From positions 1 through 19,717 of the forward strand of contig JBQTGV010000153.1 in NCBI GenBank assembly GCA_052390515.1: a stretch of DNA of 19,717 nt. The letters run 5' to 3'. Origin of the DNA: Candidatus Eiseniibacteriota bacterium. GTDB taxonomy: Bacteria > ARS69. Numbering within the stretch: position 1 is the first letter of the stretch; every line of letters begins with the position of its first letter. Positions 1 through 9,392 of this stretch are shown piece after piece. The notes under the pieces are model-generated. The model did no database searches, had not been told where the DNA came from, and worked only from the letters and a program-made list of their open reading frames with translations. The position numbers and the translations under genes are program-made.

Positions 1-1184
<1,184 letters not shown>

Positions 1185-1269
1185 GATCTTCCCTTCTCGA
1201 TCGAAGCGTCCGGCAGGCGGACGATGTCGTGATCTCTCGGAGTCGTGCGGGACCTCACGCCCGCGAGAA

Positions 1270-1345
1270 TGGAGGCCACGAGCGGAATCGAACCGCTGAC
1301 CTATTGCTTACCATGCAATTGCTCTACCGACTGAGCTACGTGGCC
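1270..1345 (-). tRNA. tRNA-Thr (GGT), CCA encoded
   Basis: GGCCACG/CGTGGCC acceptor stem, AGCTCAGTCGGTAGAGC D arm, ATTGC-ATGGTAA-GCAAT anticodon arm, GGTTCGATTCC T arm, 3' TCCA; 76 nt. Confidence 0.98.
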
Positions 1346-1409
1346 GCTACCCGGGCCGCCCTCCGGCGTCCCCCGGACGGCCTCCCGCGAAGCCATCCGG
1401 TTCCTTGTC

Positions 1410-1486
1410 TGGAGCGGGAAACGGGATTCGAACCCGCGACCCTCAGCTTGGAAGGCTGATGCTCTAGCCAACTGAGCTATTCCCGC
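1410..1486 (-). tRNA. tRNA-Gly (TCC), CCA encoded
   Basis: GCGGGAA/TTCCCGC acceptor stem, TCAGC-CTTCCAA-GCTGA anticodon arm, GGTTCGAATCC T arm, 3' TCCA; 77 nt. Confidence 0.98.
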
Positions 1487-1566
1487 TCGAGCCTCTTCCT
1501 TCCCGCCCGCGAGCGCCGCTCTCCCCGACGCCCGGAACCCGCTCGCCCTGCCCTTCGGCCACCGGA

Positions 1567-1652
1567 TGGTGGCGGGGGAAGGATTCGAACCTTCGAAGGC
1601 GTACGCCAACAGATTTACAGTCTGCCCCCTTTGACCACTCGGGAACCCCGCC
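1567..1652 (-). tRNA. tRNA-Tyr (GTA), long variable arm, CCA encoded
   Basis: GGCGGGG/CCCCGCC acceptor stem, GCAGA-CTGTAAA-TCTGT anticodon arm, GGCGTACGCC variable arm, GGTTCGAATCC T arm, 3' ACCA; 86 nt. Confidence 0.98.
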
Positions 1653-1724
1653 AGACCAACGTCCGCCGGTGTCCTCGCAACGCGAGACGCCGACGGTCGT
1701 TCGCCCATACCGACACCTCAGGCG

Positions 1725-1797
1725 AGCTGGCGAAGGGACTTGAACCCCTACCCGCCTCATTACAAGTGAGGTGCTCTACCATTTGAGCTACGCCAGC
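1725..1797 (-). tRNA. tRNA-Thr (TGT), CCA not encoded
   Basis: GCTGGCG/CGCCAGC acceptor stem, CCTCA-CTTGTAA-TGAGG anticodon arm, GGTTCAAGTCC T arm. The discriminator T is followed by CGC rather than CCA. Confidence 0.97.
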
Positions 1798-1820
1798 ATT
1801 CCGCACGGCGTGAACCGTGC

Positions 1821-1850
1821 AATCTACGCGACCGCCAAAGCAAGTGTCAA
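1821..1850 (-). promoter_or_regulatory. Sigma70-like promoter (proximal) for the tRNA-tuf operon
   Basis: TTGACA (1850-1845), 18-nt spacer, TAGATT (1826-1821), then GC-rich GCACGG; 23 nt upstream of tRNA-Thr(TGT). Confidence 0.75.
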
Positions 1851-1974
1851 GCAATCCGATCCGCGGAATCGCCGCGCGCAGCTGCCGAGCGCGACCGGCC
1901 ATGAGGCCTGCGACCCGTGCCACGATTACCTGGAGGTTCTGGGAATCCCGGTTTTCCATCGACAAGCGGGTCGG

Positions 1975-2003
1975 AAACTACCGGTGACACGCCAAACTGT
2001 CAA
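1975..2003 (-). promoter_or_regulatory. Sigma70-like promoter (distal) for the tRNA-tuf operon
   Basis: TTGACA (2003-1998), 17-nt spacer, TAGTTT (1980-1975), then GC-rich CCGACCC; just downstream of the cysS stop. Confidence 0.65.
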
Positions 2004-2020
2004 GCCTGGCTGGCAGACAC

Positions 2021-3469
2021 TTACTCTAACTTTTTGACGAGCGATCCGTCGGGCCGGTCCTCGACGAGCCATCCGGAGTCCTTCAGGAGGTCCCGCAGGC
2101 GATCGGCTTCGCCCCAGGCCTTGCGGCGTCTCGCCTCCTCCCTTTGCCGGACGAGGCCCAGCACCTCCTCGGGGGCGGTCTGCCCCGGTCCGTCCCCGTC
2201 CTCGAGCCGGATCCCCAGCAGCCCCGCCTGGGAGCGGAGCTGCTCCCCGGCAGACGTGAGCAACCCCTTGTAAAAGGGCGAAAGCCCCCCCTCTGCCAAG
2301 TAGATGTTCGCTTCCCGGACCAGCTCGAACATCTTGCCGATGGCGCCGGCGGCATTGAAGTCGTCGTCCAGGGCCTCGTCGAACTCGCGGGCGGTCCGCT
2401 CCATCACCGCGTGGAACTCCGCGTCGCGCCCCTCGAGGTGGTGGAGCGCGGCGGGGCGCGCGGACGACGAGTTGCCGGCGACGACATGCGCGGCGGCATG
2501 CAGGAAGTTGCGGAGGCGGTCCAGCTTCGCCACGGCCTCGTCCAGCCGCTCCCGCGCGTACTCGATCGGACTCCGGTAGTGCGTGGACAGCAGGTAGAGG
2601 CGGAGCGAAACGGGATCCACCTCGCGGCGGACGTCCACGACGTTGAAGACCACGCCCGTCGACTTGGACATCTTCTGTCCGCCGAGGTTCACCAGCCCGC
2701 CCTCCACCCAGTGCCGGCAGAAGCGCTGCTCGGTCGCCGCCTCGGCCTGCGCGATCTCGTTCTCGGGATGCGGGAAGACGAGGTCCCGCCCGCCGCCGTG
2801 CAGGTCGAGCGTCGTGCCGAGGTACTTCATCGCCATCGCCGAGCACTCGATGTGCCAGCCGGGGCGCCCCGGTCCCCAGGGGCTCTCCCAAAACGGCTCC
2901 CCCGGCTTCGCCTTCTTCCACAGGGCGAAGTCCACGGGATGCCGCTTGTCCTCGTCCACCTCGACGCGCACGCCGGCGCGCAGCTCGTCGACGCGCTTCC
3001 CGGAAAGCTTCCCGTAGTCCGGCTTCCTGGTGACGGCGAAGAACACGTCGCCGCCGGACGCGTACGCGAATCCCTTCTCGATGAGCGTGCCGATCAGCGC
3101 GAGGATCTCCGGGATGTGCTCGGTGGCGCGCGGATAGATGTCGGCCCGTTCGATGCCCAGCCAGTCCGCGGCCTCGAAGTACGCGGCGATGTTCCGCTCC
3201 GCGAAGGTCTTCGCGTCGACGCCGGCCTCGTTCGCCTTGGCGATGATCTTGTCGTCGATGTCGGTGAAGTTCTGCACCAGCGTGACCCGGTAGCCGCGCG
3301 CGCGCAGCACGCGGCGCATCAGGTCGGCGGTGACGTATCCGCGCATGTGCCCGATGTGCGGCACCGCCTGCACGGTCATACCGCAGACGTACATGCCGGC
3401 GTGGCCGGGCCGCACCGGCTCGAAGGGGACCTTGGTGCGGCGGAGTCCGTCGTAGACGTGCAGGGCCAT
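2021..3469 (-). CDS. cysS: Cysteine--tRNA ligase
   Basis: YVCGMTV, HIGH, NFTDIDDKII, DFALWK, PWGPGRPGWHIECSAM, KMSKS, LDDDFN and a C-terminal anticodon-binding helix (ADRLRD). GGAGAG SD. Confidence 0.98.
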   Translation of the reverse strand: MALHVYDGLRRTKVPFEPVRPGHAGMYVCGMTVQAVPHIGHMRGYVTADLMRRVLRARGYRVTLVQNFTDIDDKIIAKANEAGVDAKTFAERNIAAYFEAADWLGIERADIYPRATEHIPEILALIGTLIEKGFAYASGGDVFFAVTRKPDYGKLSGKRVDELRAGVRVEVDEDKRHPVDFALWKKAKPGEPFWESPWGPGRPGWHIECSAMAMKYLGTTLDLHGGGRDLVFPHPENEIAQAEAATEQRFCRHWVEGGLVNLGGQKMSKSTGVVFNVVDVRREVDPVSLRLYLLSTHYRSPIEYARERLDEAVAKLDRLRNFLHAAAHVVAGNSSSARPAALHHLEGRDAEFHAVMERTAREFDEALDDDFNAAGAIGKMFELVREANIYLAEGGLSPFYKGLLTSAGEQLRSQAGLLGIRLEDGDGPGQTAPEEVLGLVRQREEARRRKAWGEADRLRDLLKDSGWLVEDRPDGSLVKKLE

Positions 3470-3487
3470 CGCTCTCTCCGGATGCGC

Positions 3488-4297
3488 CTACGACCGGCGA
3501 TGCCGGGAGGCTTCCGCCAGGAACTCCCGCGCCCGGCCGGGATCGACCGGCGCGCGCGCGTCTCCGCCCGCCTTGAGCGCGGAGCCGACGATCATACCAT
3601 CGGCCGCGCGCCAGAACTCGGCGAGATTCGCGAGCGTCACTCCGGACCCGGCGAGCACAGGGGTCCCCGGCAACGCTTCGCGCACGCGGCGAAGGTCGGC
3701 CGGATCCGCCGGCCGCCCCGTGGCGACGCCGGACAAGATGAGCGCGTCGGCCAGCCCTCGTTCCCGCGTCTCCCGGGCCTCGTCCACCAGATCGGCTTCG
3801 CCGCCGAGCGGGCGGGCGTGCTTGACCCGCACGTCGGCGAACACCAGCACGTCCGAGCGTAGCTCGCGCCGCAGCAGCAGCGTCTCGCGTGCCTTGCCCT
3901 CGATGATGCCTTGGTCGGCGACGACCGCACCGACGTGCACGTTCACGCGCACGAAGTCGCAGCCGGTGACCTGGGCGATGGAGAGCGCCGCCAGTGCGTC
4001 GTTCCGCAGTACGTTGACGCCGAGCGGCACGTTGTGGTCCCGGCGAACCTCGCGGCAGACGACGGCCACGGCCGCGACCGTCACGGGAGGCACCCGGTCC
4101 TTCGCGAAGGGCGCGTCCCCGAAGTTCTCGACGATGAGCCCGTCGACGCCGGCCCCGGTGAGCGCCTCGGCATCGGACTGCGCTCGGGCGATGGCCTCGT
4201 CCAGCGTTCCGCCGGCGGGGCTGCCCGGCAGAGGCGGCAGGTGCAGCATCCCGATCACCGGCTTCACCCCGCCGAACAGATCGGTGAAGCCCCTCAC
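3488..4297 (-). CDS. BtpA/SgcQ family TIM-barrel protein
   Basis: IGMLHLPPLPGSP, ENFGDAPF, GVNVLRND, ADQGIIEG, ADVRVKHA, SGVATG, GSGV motifs. GTG start overlaps the ddl stop (GTGA). Confidence 0.92.
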   Translation of the reverse strand: MRGFTDLFGGVKPVIGMLHLPPLPGSPAGGTLDEAIARAQSDAEALTGAGVDGLIVENFGDAPFAKDRVPPVTVAAVAVVCREVRRDHNVPLGVNVLRNDALAALSIAQVTGCDFVRVNVHVGAVVADQGIIEGKARETLLLRRELRSDVLVFADVRVKHARPLGGEADLVDEARETRERGLADALILSGVATGRPADPADLRRVREALPGTPVLAGSGVTLANLAEFWRAADGMIVGSALKAGGDARAPVDPGRAREFLAEASRHRRS

Positions 4298-5358
4298 GGG
4301 GCGACCACCACCGGACCGCGGTCCCTGCGGGTGCCGCGCTCGATGCCGAGCTCGACGATGCGCTCAACCAGGTCGCCGAAGGAGAGCCCCGCGGCCTTCG
4401 CCGCCATGGGAACGAGGGAGAGCGGCGTCATGCCCGGGATCGTGTTCACCTCCAGCACCTGGAACGCGCCGTCCGGAGGCAGGCGGAAGTCGACGCGGGC
4501 GAAGCCCTCGCAGCCGAGCACGCGGAACGCGAGCTCCGCGCATCGCCGCACCTCGAGCGCGAGCGGCTCGGGCAGCCGCGCGGGAACCTCGTAACGGCTT
4601 CTGCCCTTCGTGTACTTCGCCTCGTACGTGTACAGCCCGCCTTCGGGAATGATCTCCACGACCGGCAGCGCGCGCTCTCCCAGGATCCCCACGGTGAGCT
4701 CACGGCCGGGAACGAAGCGCTCCACCATCACCCGCGGGCCGTATCGCGCCGCGGTACGGACCGCCTCGCGCAGGTCATCGCCTTCGCCTACCAGGGAGAG
4801 CCCCACCGTCGAACCCTCCGCGTTGGGCTTCACGACCACGGGGTGCCCCAGCCGCGGGTGCACTTGTGCCAGCTCCGCCTCGGGCAGCTCTTCGTTCCGG
4901 GGAACGTCGAGCATCAGCCAGTCCGCGGTCGGCACCCCTGACGCGCGGAACACGCGCTTCGCGCGGTCCTTGTCCATGGCCAACGCGGAGCCCAGCACGC
5001 CGCTCCCGGTATAGGCGATCCCGGCCAGCTCGAAGAGCGCCTGCACCGTCCCGTCTTCGCCCCAGCCTCCGTGCAGGGCGATGAACACGCAGTCCACGTC
5101 GGAGAGCGAGCCGGCGAGCGTGGTGATGCCCTGCGGCCCGGTTGCGGCGAGCGCGCGCGACGTCGACTCGGAGGGCGGGGTCCTGCCGATCGCCGGGCGA
5201 TCCCCGCGTCCCAGCGCCACCGCACCCCTCGCCGTGTCGAGCAGGGACACCTCGTGTCCGCGCTCGGCCAGCGCCTTGGCCACCTCCGTCCCGGTCACCC
5301 GGGACACGTCGCGCTCGTTGCTCTCGCCGCCCATCAGCACCGCGATCCGCCGCTTCAT
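4294..5358 (-). CDS. ddl: D-alanine--D-alanine ligase
   Basis: True start is MKRRIAVLMGGESNERDVS (ATG 5358). Motifs: FIALHGGWGEDG, YTGSG, AMDK, VVKP..EGSTVG, GRELTV, YTYEAKY, RVDF, LEVNTIPGMT. Confidence 0.95.
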   Translation of the reverse strand: MKRRIAVLMGGESNERDVSRVTGTEVAKALAERGHEVSLLDTARGAVALGRGDRPAIGRTPPSESTSRALAATGPQGITTLAGSLSDVDCVFIALHGGWGEDGTVQALFELAGIAYTGSGVLGSALAMDKDRAKRVFRASGVPTADWLMLDVPRNEELPEAELAQVHPRLGHPVVVKPNAEGSTVGLSLVGEGDDLREAVRTAARYGPRVMVERFVPGRELTVGILGERALPVVEIIPEGGLYTYEAKYTKGRSRYEVPARLPEPLALEVRRCAELAFRVLGCEGFARVDFRLPPDGAFQVLEVNTIPGMTPLSLVPMAAKAAGLSFGDLVERIVELGIERGTRRDRGPVVVAP

Positions 5359-5909
5359 CGGTCCCCCCCCGCGCGGACGCCGAGCTCCGTGGCGTCCGCC
5401 GTCACCCCGGCATCTTTCGGAACGACGGGCAGCTTGCCCAGCTCGATCCAGCTCTCCGACAGGAACTCCTCGGCGCCGAGGCTCCGCCAGAACCGGACCG
5501 CCTCGACGCTGCGCGCCGCGACGTGCAGCCGCACCACGTCGACGCCCTGCCCGCGTAGCCACAGCGCGATGCGCTCGTAGAGCCTCCGCCCGATGCCTTG
5601 CCGCCGCGAGGCGGGCTCGACCATGAGATCGGACACGTAGCCGAAGCGGCGCAGGGCGAAGAGCGTCTCCTGCTTGCGTACCGAGCCCACGCCCAGACCG
5701 ACGACCGCGCCGTCGCGCTCGGCGACGAACACGGCGGAGTCCAGGTCGCGCATGCGCTCGCGCAGGTAGACGGCGTAGCAGTCGCCGGCGTCCTCGCGGA
5801 GGCGGAAGCGCCGGTCCAGCGCCTGCTGCGCGTACATCTCCGTCCGCGCGAGCTCCAGGATCGCCGGTTCGTCGGTCATCTTCGCCGCGCGGATCGTCGC
5901 GTCCGTCAT
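5355..5909 (-). CDS. GNAT family N-acetyltransferase
   Basis: Start MTDATIRAAK (ATG 5909, ATGA overlap with ispDF). VFVAERDGAVVG, acetyl-CoA motif A LMVEPASRRQGIGRRL, LHV..S..AVRFWRSLG. Confidence 0.88.
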   Translation of the reverse strand: MTDATIRAAKMTDEPAILELARTEMYAQQALDRRFRLREDAGDCYAVYLRERMRDLDSAVFVAERDGAVVGLGVGSVRKQETLFALRRFGYVSDLMVEPASRRQGIGRRLYERIALWLRGQGVDVVRLHVAARSVEAVRFWRSLGAEEFLSESWIELGKLPVVPKDAGVTADATELGVRAGGDR

Positions 5910-7090
5910 GTCGTCTCCGGCAAGGCAGCTTCGCGCGCGAGCAGGGCCACCGCCGTGGCGGAGATGCCCTGCCCGGTCCCCTCGAACCCGAGCCCCTCGG
6001 TCGTCGTGAACTTCACCGATACCCTGTCTTCGGCAAGACCCAGCGCCCGGGCGAGGTTCTCGATCATCCGCCGGCGGTACGGCGCGAGCCGCGGCGCCTG
6101 CGCGCGGACCGTCGCGTCCACGTTCCGGGGAACGTACCCGACCCCGCGCAGAATCTCCACCGTTCGCGTCAGCAGGTCCGTGCCCGACGCACCCTTCCAG
6201 CGCGGATCGGTGTCGGGAAACCAGTCGCCGATGTCCCCGAGCGAGGCGCCGCCGAGGAGCGCATCGCACACCGCATGCGCGAGCACGTCGGCGTCGGACC
6301 AGCCCTCGAGCCCGTGGTCGTGGGGCACGTCCACTCCGCCCAGGAAGAGCGGGCGGCCTTCCACCAGGCGATGCACGTCGTAACCGGAGCCGACCCGCGT
6401 GTCGGTGAGAACGACCCCGCCGAGCAGGACCTCGGCCAGCAGCAGATCCTCCGGGACGGTCACCTTGAGGTTCGTGCGCTCACCCGGGACCAGCGTCACC
6501 GGCGCGCCGGAGCGCTCCACGCACGCCGCCTCGTCGGTCCCGTGGAAGCCGTCGCGGAGCGCGTCGGCGAAGGCCCGGGCCAGTACCTCGCGGCGAAAAC
6601 CCTGCGGTGTCTGCGCCTCGCGCAGCGTGTCGCGGTCGACCGTGCCGGCCGAGCGCCCGTCCTGCTCCCGCCTGATCGTGCTCACCGGCACGACTCCCGG
6701 CACCGCCGCGCCCTCGGCCGCCGCCGCCACGGTCACGCGCGCGATCAGCGCGGCCGACACCAGCGGGCGCGCGCCGTCGTGGACGAGCACGACGTCCGGC
6801 TCTTCGGAGAGCGCCGCGAAGCCGTTGCGCGCGGATTCGGTCCGGGTCTCCCCGCCGCGCACGACGGCCCGGAGCTTGCCGACGCGTGCGCGTTCGAGAA
6901 GGCCGCGGACCGGGACCTCGAGGTCTTCGCGGGTGACGACGACGATCTCGTGCACCGCCTCGCAGCGATCGAAGGGGCGGACCGAGTGAAGCAGGAGCGG
7001 CTCCCCGGCGAGGGGCGCGAGCATCTTCTCCACGCCACCCATGCGCTCGGAGCGACCCGCCGCGACGACTATCACTCCCGTCTTCGCCAA
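5906..7090 (-). CDS. ispDF: Bifunctional IspD/IspF (MEP cytidylyltransferase / MEcPP synthase)
   Basis: IspD: VVAAGRSERMG..K, GGETRTES, VLVHDGARP, AQTPQGF, TDEA, NLKVT. IspF: GSGYDVHRL, SDADVLAHAVCDALLG, DIG..FPDTD, VSVKFTTTEGLG. TTG start with GAAGGAG SD. Confidence 0.97.
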   Translation of the reverse strand: MAKTGVIVVAAGRSERMGGVEKMLAPLAGEPLLLHSVRPFDRCEAVHEIVVVTREDLEVPVRGLLERARVGKLRAVVRGGETRTESARNGFAALSEEPDVVLVHDGARPLVSAALIARVTVAAAAEGAAVPGVVPVSTIRREQDGRSAGTVDRDTLREAQTPQGFRREVLARAFADALRDGFHGTDEAACVERSGAPVTLVPGERTNLKVTVPEDLLLAEVLLGGVVLTDTRVGSGYDVHRLVEGRPLFLGGVDVPHDHGLEGWSDADVLAHAVCDALLGGASLGDIGDWFPDTDPRWKGASGTDLLTRTVEILRGVGYVPRNVDATVRAQAPRLAPYRRRMIENLARALGLAEDRVSVKFTTTEGLGFEGTGQGISATAVALLAREAALPETT

Positions 7091-7093
7091 CGG

Positions 7094-8482
7094 TCACTCC
7101 TTCGTGCGGGCCAGGTTTTCGAAGCGGGTGTGCGTCTTGTGAAAGAAGAGCTTCACCGTCCCGATCGGTCCGTTGCGTTGCTTGCCGATGATGATCTCCG
7201 CCAGTCCCTCGTTGTCCGGCGACGGGTTGAACACCTCGGGCCGGTTGATGAAGATGACCACGTCGGCATCCTGCTCGATCGAGCCCGATTCTCTCAGATC
7301 CGACAGCACCGGTCGGCGCGTGCCCTCCTTGGGATCCGTCGGGCGCTTGAGCTGCGAGAGCGCCACCACCGGGATGCGCAGCTCCTTGGCCAGGGCCTTG
7401 AGAGAGCGCGAGATGCCGGAGACTTCCTGTTGCCGGTTCTCGGTGCGTCCGTGGCCGCGGATCAGCTGCATGTAGTCGATCACCACGAGAGCGAGCCGGT
7501 TCTTCGTCTCCACCATGAGGCGGCGCGCCTTCGCCCGAATCTCCAGCGCGGTCGTTCCCGCGGTGTCGTCGATGTAGAAGTCGGCGTCGCCGAGGCGGCC
7601 CGCGGCGGTCGTCAGCCGCGGCCACTCGCTCTCGCGGAGAAAGCCGGTGCGGAGCCTGTTGCTGTCCACGCGCGCCTCGCTCGCCAGCATGCGGTGCACC
7701 AGAGACTCCCGAGACATCTCCAGGCTGAACACCGCGACCGGCTGCTTCTCCTCCACGGCCACGTGCTGCGCGACGTTCAGCATGAACGCGGTCTTGCCCA
7801 TGGAGGGCCGCCCCGCGACGACGACGAACTCCGACGGCTGGAACCCGGAGGTCAGCGTGTCGAGATCCAGGTAGCCGGAGGGCACGCCGGTCACCAGTCT
7901 CTTGTTGTGGTAGAGCTCCTCGATCTTCTCGAAGCTGTCGTGCAGCAGATCGCGGATGGCGACGAAGCTCTTGCGCGGACCTTTCTCGACGATCTCGAAC
8001 ATGCGGTGCTCGGAGCGATCCAGGAACTCGGACACGTCGTCCGGTCCGCCGTACGCCTCCTCGGCGATCTCTCGCGCGGCGGTGATCATCTTCCGGAGCA
8101 CGGATTTCTCGCGGATGATCTTCGCGTGGTACTCCACGTTCGCCGCCGTGACGGTGGAGCCGAGGAGCTCCGCCAGGTACACCTCCCCGCCGACCTTCTC
8201 GAGATCACCGGCCCGGCCCAGAGCCTCGGCCAGCGTCACGATGTCCACCGCTTCGCCCTTCTCGAAGAGGCGATAGACGGCGGCGCAGATGGTGCGATGG
8301 GCCGGACGGTAGAAGTCGTCCGGCATCAGAACCTGGATGACCGTCGTGATGGCGAGGCTGTCCAGCATCATCGAGGCGAGCACCGCGATCTCCGCCTCCG
8401 GCGCCTGCGGCGGCACCATGCCGGACGTGGCGCGCGCCGCAGTGGCGGGGCGAAGACGGTCGGGGGCCTGCATCTCGCTCAT
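7094..8482 (-). CDS. dnaB: Replicative DNA helicase DnaB
   Basis: Start MSEMQ (ATG 8482, ATGA overlap with udg). PPQAPEAE, DFYRPAH, Walker A GRPSMGKT, FSLEM, VIDYMQL, LSQL, LSDLRESGSIEQDAD, KQRNGPIG. No intein. Confidence 0.98.
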   Translation of the reverse strand: MSEMQAPDRLRPATAARATSGMVPPQAPEAEIAVLASMMLDSLAITTVIQVLMPDDFYRPAHRTICAAVYRLFEKGEAVDIVTLAEALGRAGDLEKVGGEVYLAELLGSTVTAANVEYHAKIIREKSVLRKMITAAREIAEEAYGGPDDVSEFLDRSEHRMFEIVEKGPRKSFVAIRDLLHDSFEKIEELYHNKRLVTGVPSGYLDLDTLTSGFQPSEFVVVAGRPSMGKTAFMLNVAQHVAVEEKQPVAVFSLEMSRESLVHRMLASEARVDSNRLRTGFLRESEWPRLTTAAGRLGDADFYIDDTAGTTALEIRAKARRLMVETKNRLALVVIDYMQLIRGHGRTENRQQEVSGISRSLKALAKELRIPVVALSQLKRPTDPKEGTRRPVLSDLRESGSIEQDADVVIFINRPEVFNPSPDNEGLAEIIIGKQRNGPIGTVKLFFHKTHTRFENLARTKE

Positions 8483-9357
8483 GGGTTCCCTCCGGAATCG
8501 CCGCGGCTGGCGAGTATGCGGTCGTGCTCGCGGCGGAGCATCTGCACGTCCTCCCAGGTCGGCTTCTTCCACGCGGGATTGCGCAGCAGCGCCGCGGGAT
8601 GATACGTGGCGACGACCGGGATGCCGCGGTACTCGTGCAGCGCGCCGCGCAGCCGCGTGATTCCCTGCGTGGTGCCGAGCACCGTCTTCGCCGCGATGGA
8701 TCCGAGCGTACACAGGATCACCGGGCGGATGAGCTCGATCTGCCTGCGCAGGATCGGCTCGCACGCGGCGATCTCGCTCGGCTCGGGATTGCGGTTCCCC
8801 GGCGGGCGGCACTTGAGAATGTTCGCGATATACACGTCCTCGCGGCGCCACTGGATCGCCTCGAGGATCTTGTCCAGCAGCTTACCGGCGCGACCCACGA
8901 ACGGCTCGCCCTGCAGATCTTCGTCCCGCCCCGGGGCTTCGCCCACGAACACGGCGGTGGCGCTCGGATTGCCGACTCCGAACACGAACTTCGTGCGCGA
9001 TTCGCCGAGCGCGCAGCGCAGGCATCCGGCGTAGGCGTCGTGCAGCTCGCCGAGCGACCCGCACCGCGAGGGATCCCCCTCCCACGAGTGGCGCGGCGCG
9101 GGGGCGAAGAGGTCCTCGGCTTCCGCGGCCGACCCGCGCGCCACGACGCCGAGCGGCTGGGGCGCGGCGCCGCGGGACGGCGTGCTCGGCGCGGGAGACG
9201 CCGCCGGAGAGGGGCGAAGCGAGTCCGCCCGCGGGCGGCGCGCGTCGGCCGCGGGCATCGGATCCTCGTGCAGGATCTCCTGGATCTCGAGGCTGCCGCG
9301 CAGCCGGCGCGCGAGATCAGCGATCTCGCCGGCGAGATTCGTCGCGTGGTCGGCCAT
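8479..9357 (-). CDS. Family-4 (Fe-S) uracil-DNA glycosylase with N-terminal low-complexity extension
   Basis: [50 protein letters not shown]. About 100 Ala/Pro-rich residues precede the catalytic domain. Confidence 0.95.
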   Translation of the reverse strand: MADHATNLAGEIADLARRLRGSLEIQEILHEDPMPAADARRPRADSLRPSPAASPAPSTPSRGAAPQPLGVVARGSAAEAEDLFAPAPRHSWEGDPSRCGSLGELHDAYAGCLRCALGESRTKFVFGVGNPSATAVFVGEAPGRDEDLQGEPFVGRAGKLLDKILEAIQWRREDVYIANILKCRPPGNRNPEPSEIAACEPILRRQIELIRPVILCTLGSIAAKTVLGTTQGITRLRGALHEYRGIPVVATYHPAALLRNPAWKKPTWEDVQMLRREHDRILASRGDSGGNP

Positions 9358-9392
9358 CGGTGGCTCCGGGGGACGGGCGGCGAAGGGGCGCG

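Noticed and set aside
1308..1314. Purine (A) at position 32 of the tRNA-Thr(GGT) anticodon loop
   Set aside because: ATGGTAA loops occur commonly in bacterial tRNA-Thr(GGU), so this is not unusual.
1185..1800. tRNA cluster as a prophage/island attachment site or CRISPR-like array
   Set aside because: No integrase, duplicated tRNA 3' end or repeat-spacer pattern. This is the standard Thr-Tyr-Gly-Thr-tuf arrangement.
1909..1923. Possible sigma54 promoter (TGGCACG on the minus strand)
   Set aside because: The -12 GC is 2 nt out of register (TGGCACG-GGTC-GCAG), and sigma54 spacing is strict.
1926..4367. 813-aa Arg-rich minus ORF and similar long alternative-frame ORFs (2144..3862, 6275..8602, 13346..15271 etc.)
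   Set aside because: They overlap well-supported genes in other frames. Stop-poor frames are expected at this GC content, and they contain no recognisable motifs.
4294..5358. Ddl as a VanA/VanB-type resistance ligase
   Set aside because: The omega loop has YEAKY (D-Ala-D-Ala type), and there are no vanH/vanX/vanRS neighbours.
7094..8482. Intein in DnaB
   Set aside because: Length is 462 aa with contiguous helicase motifs and no insertion.
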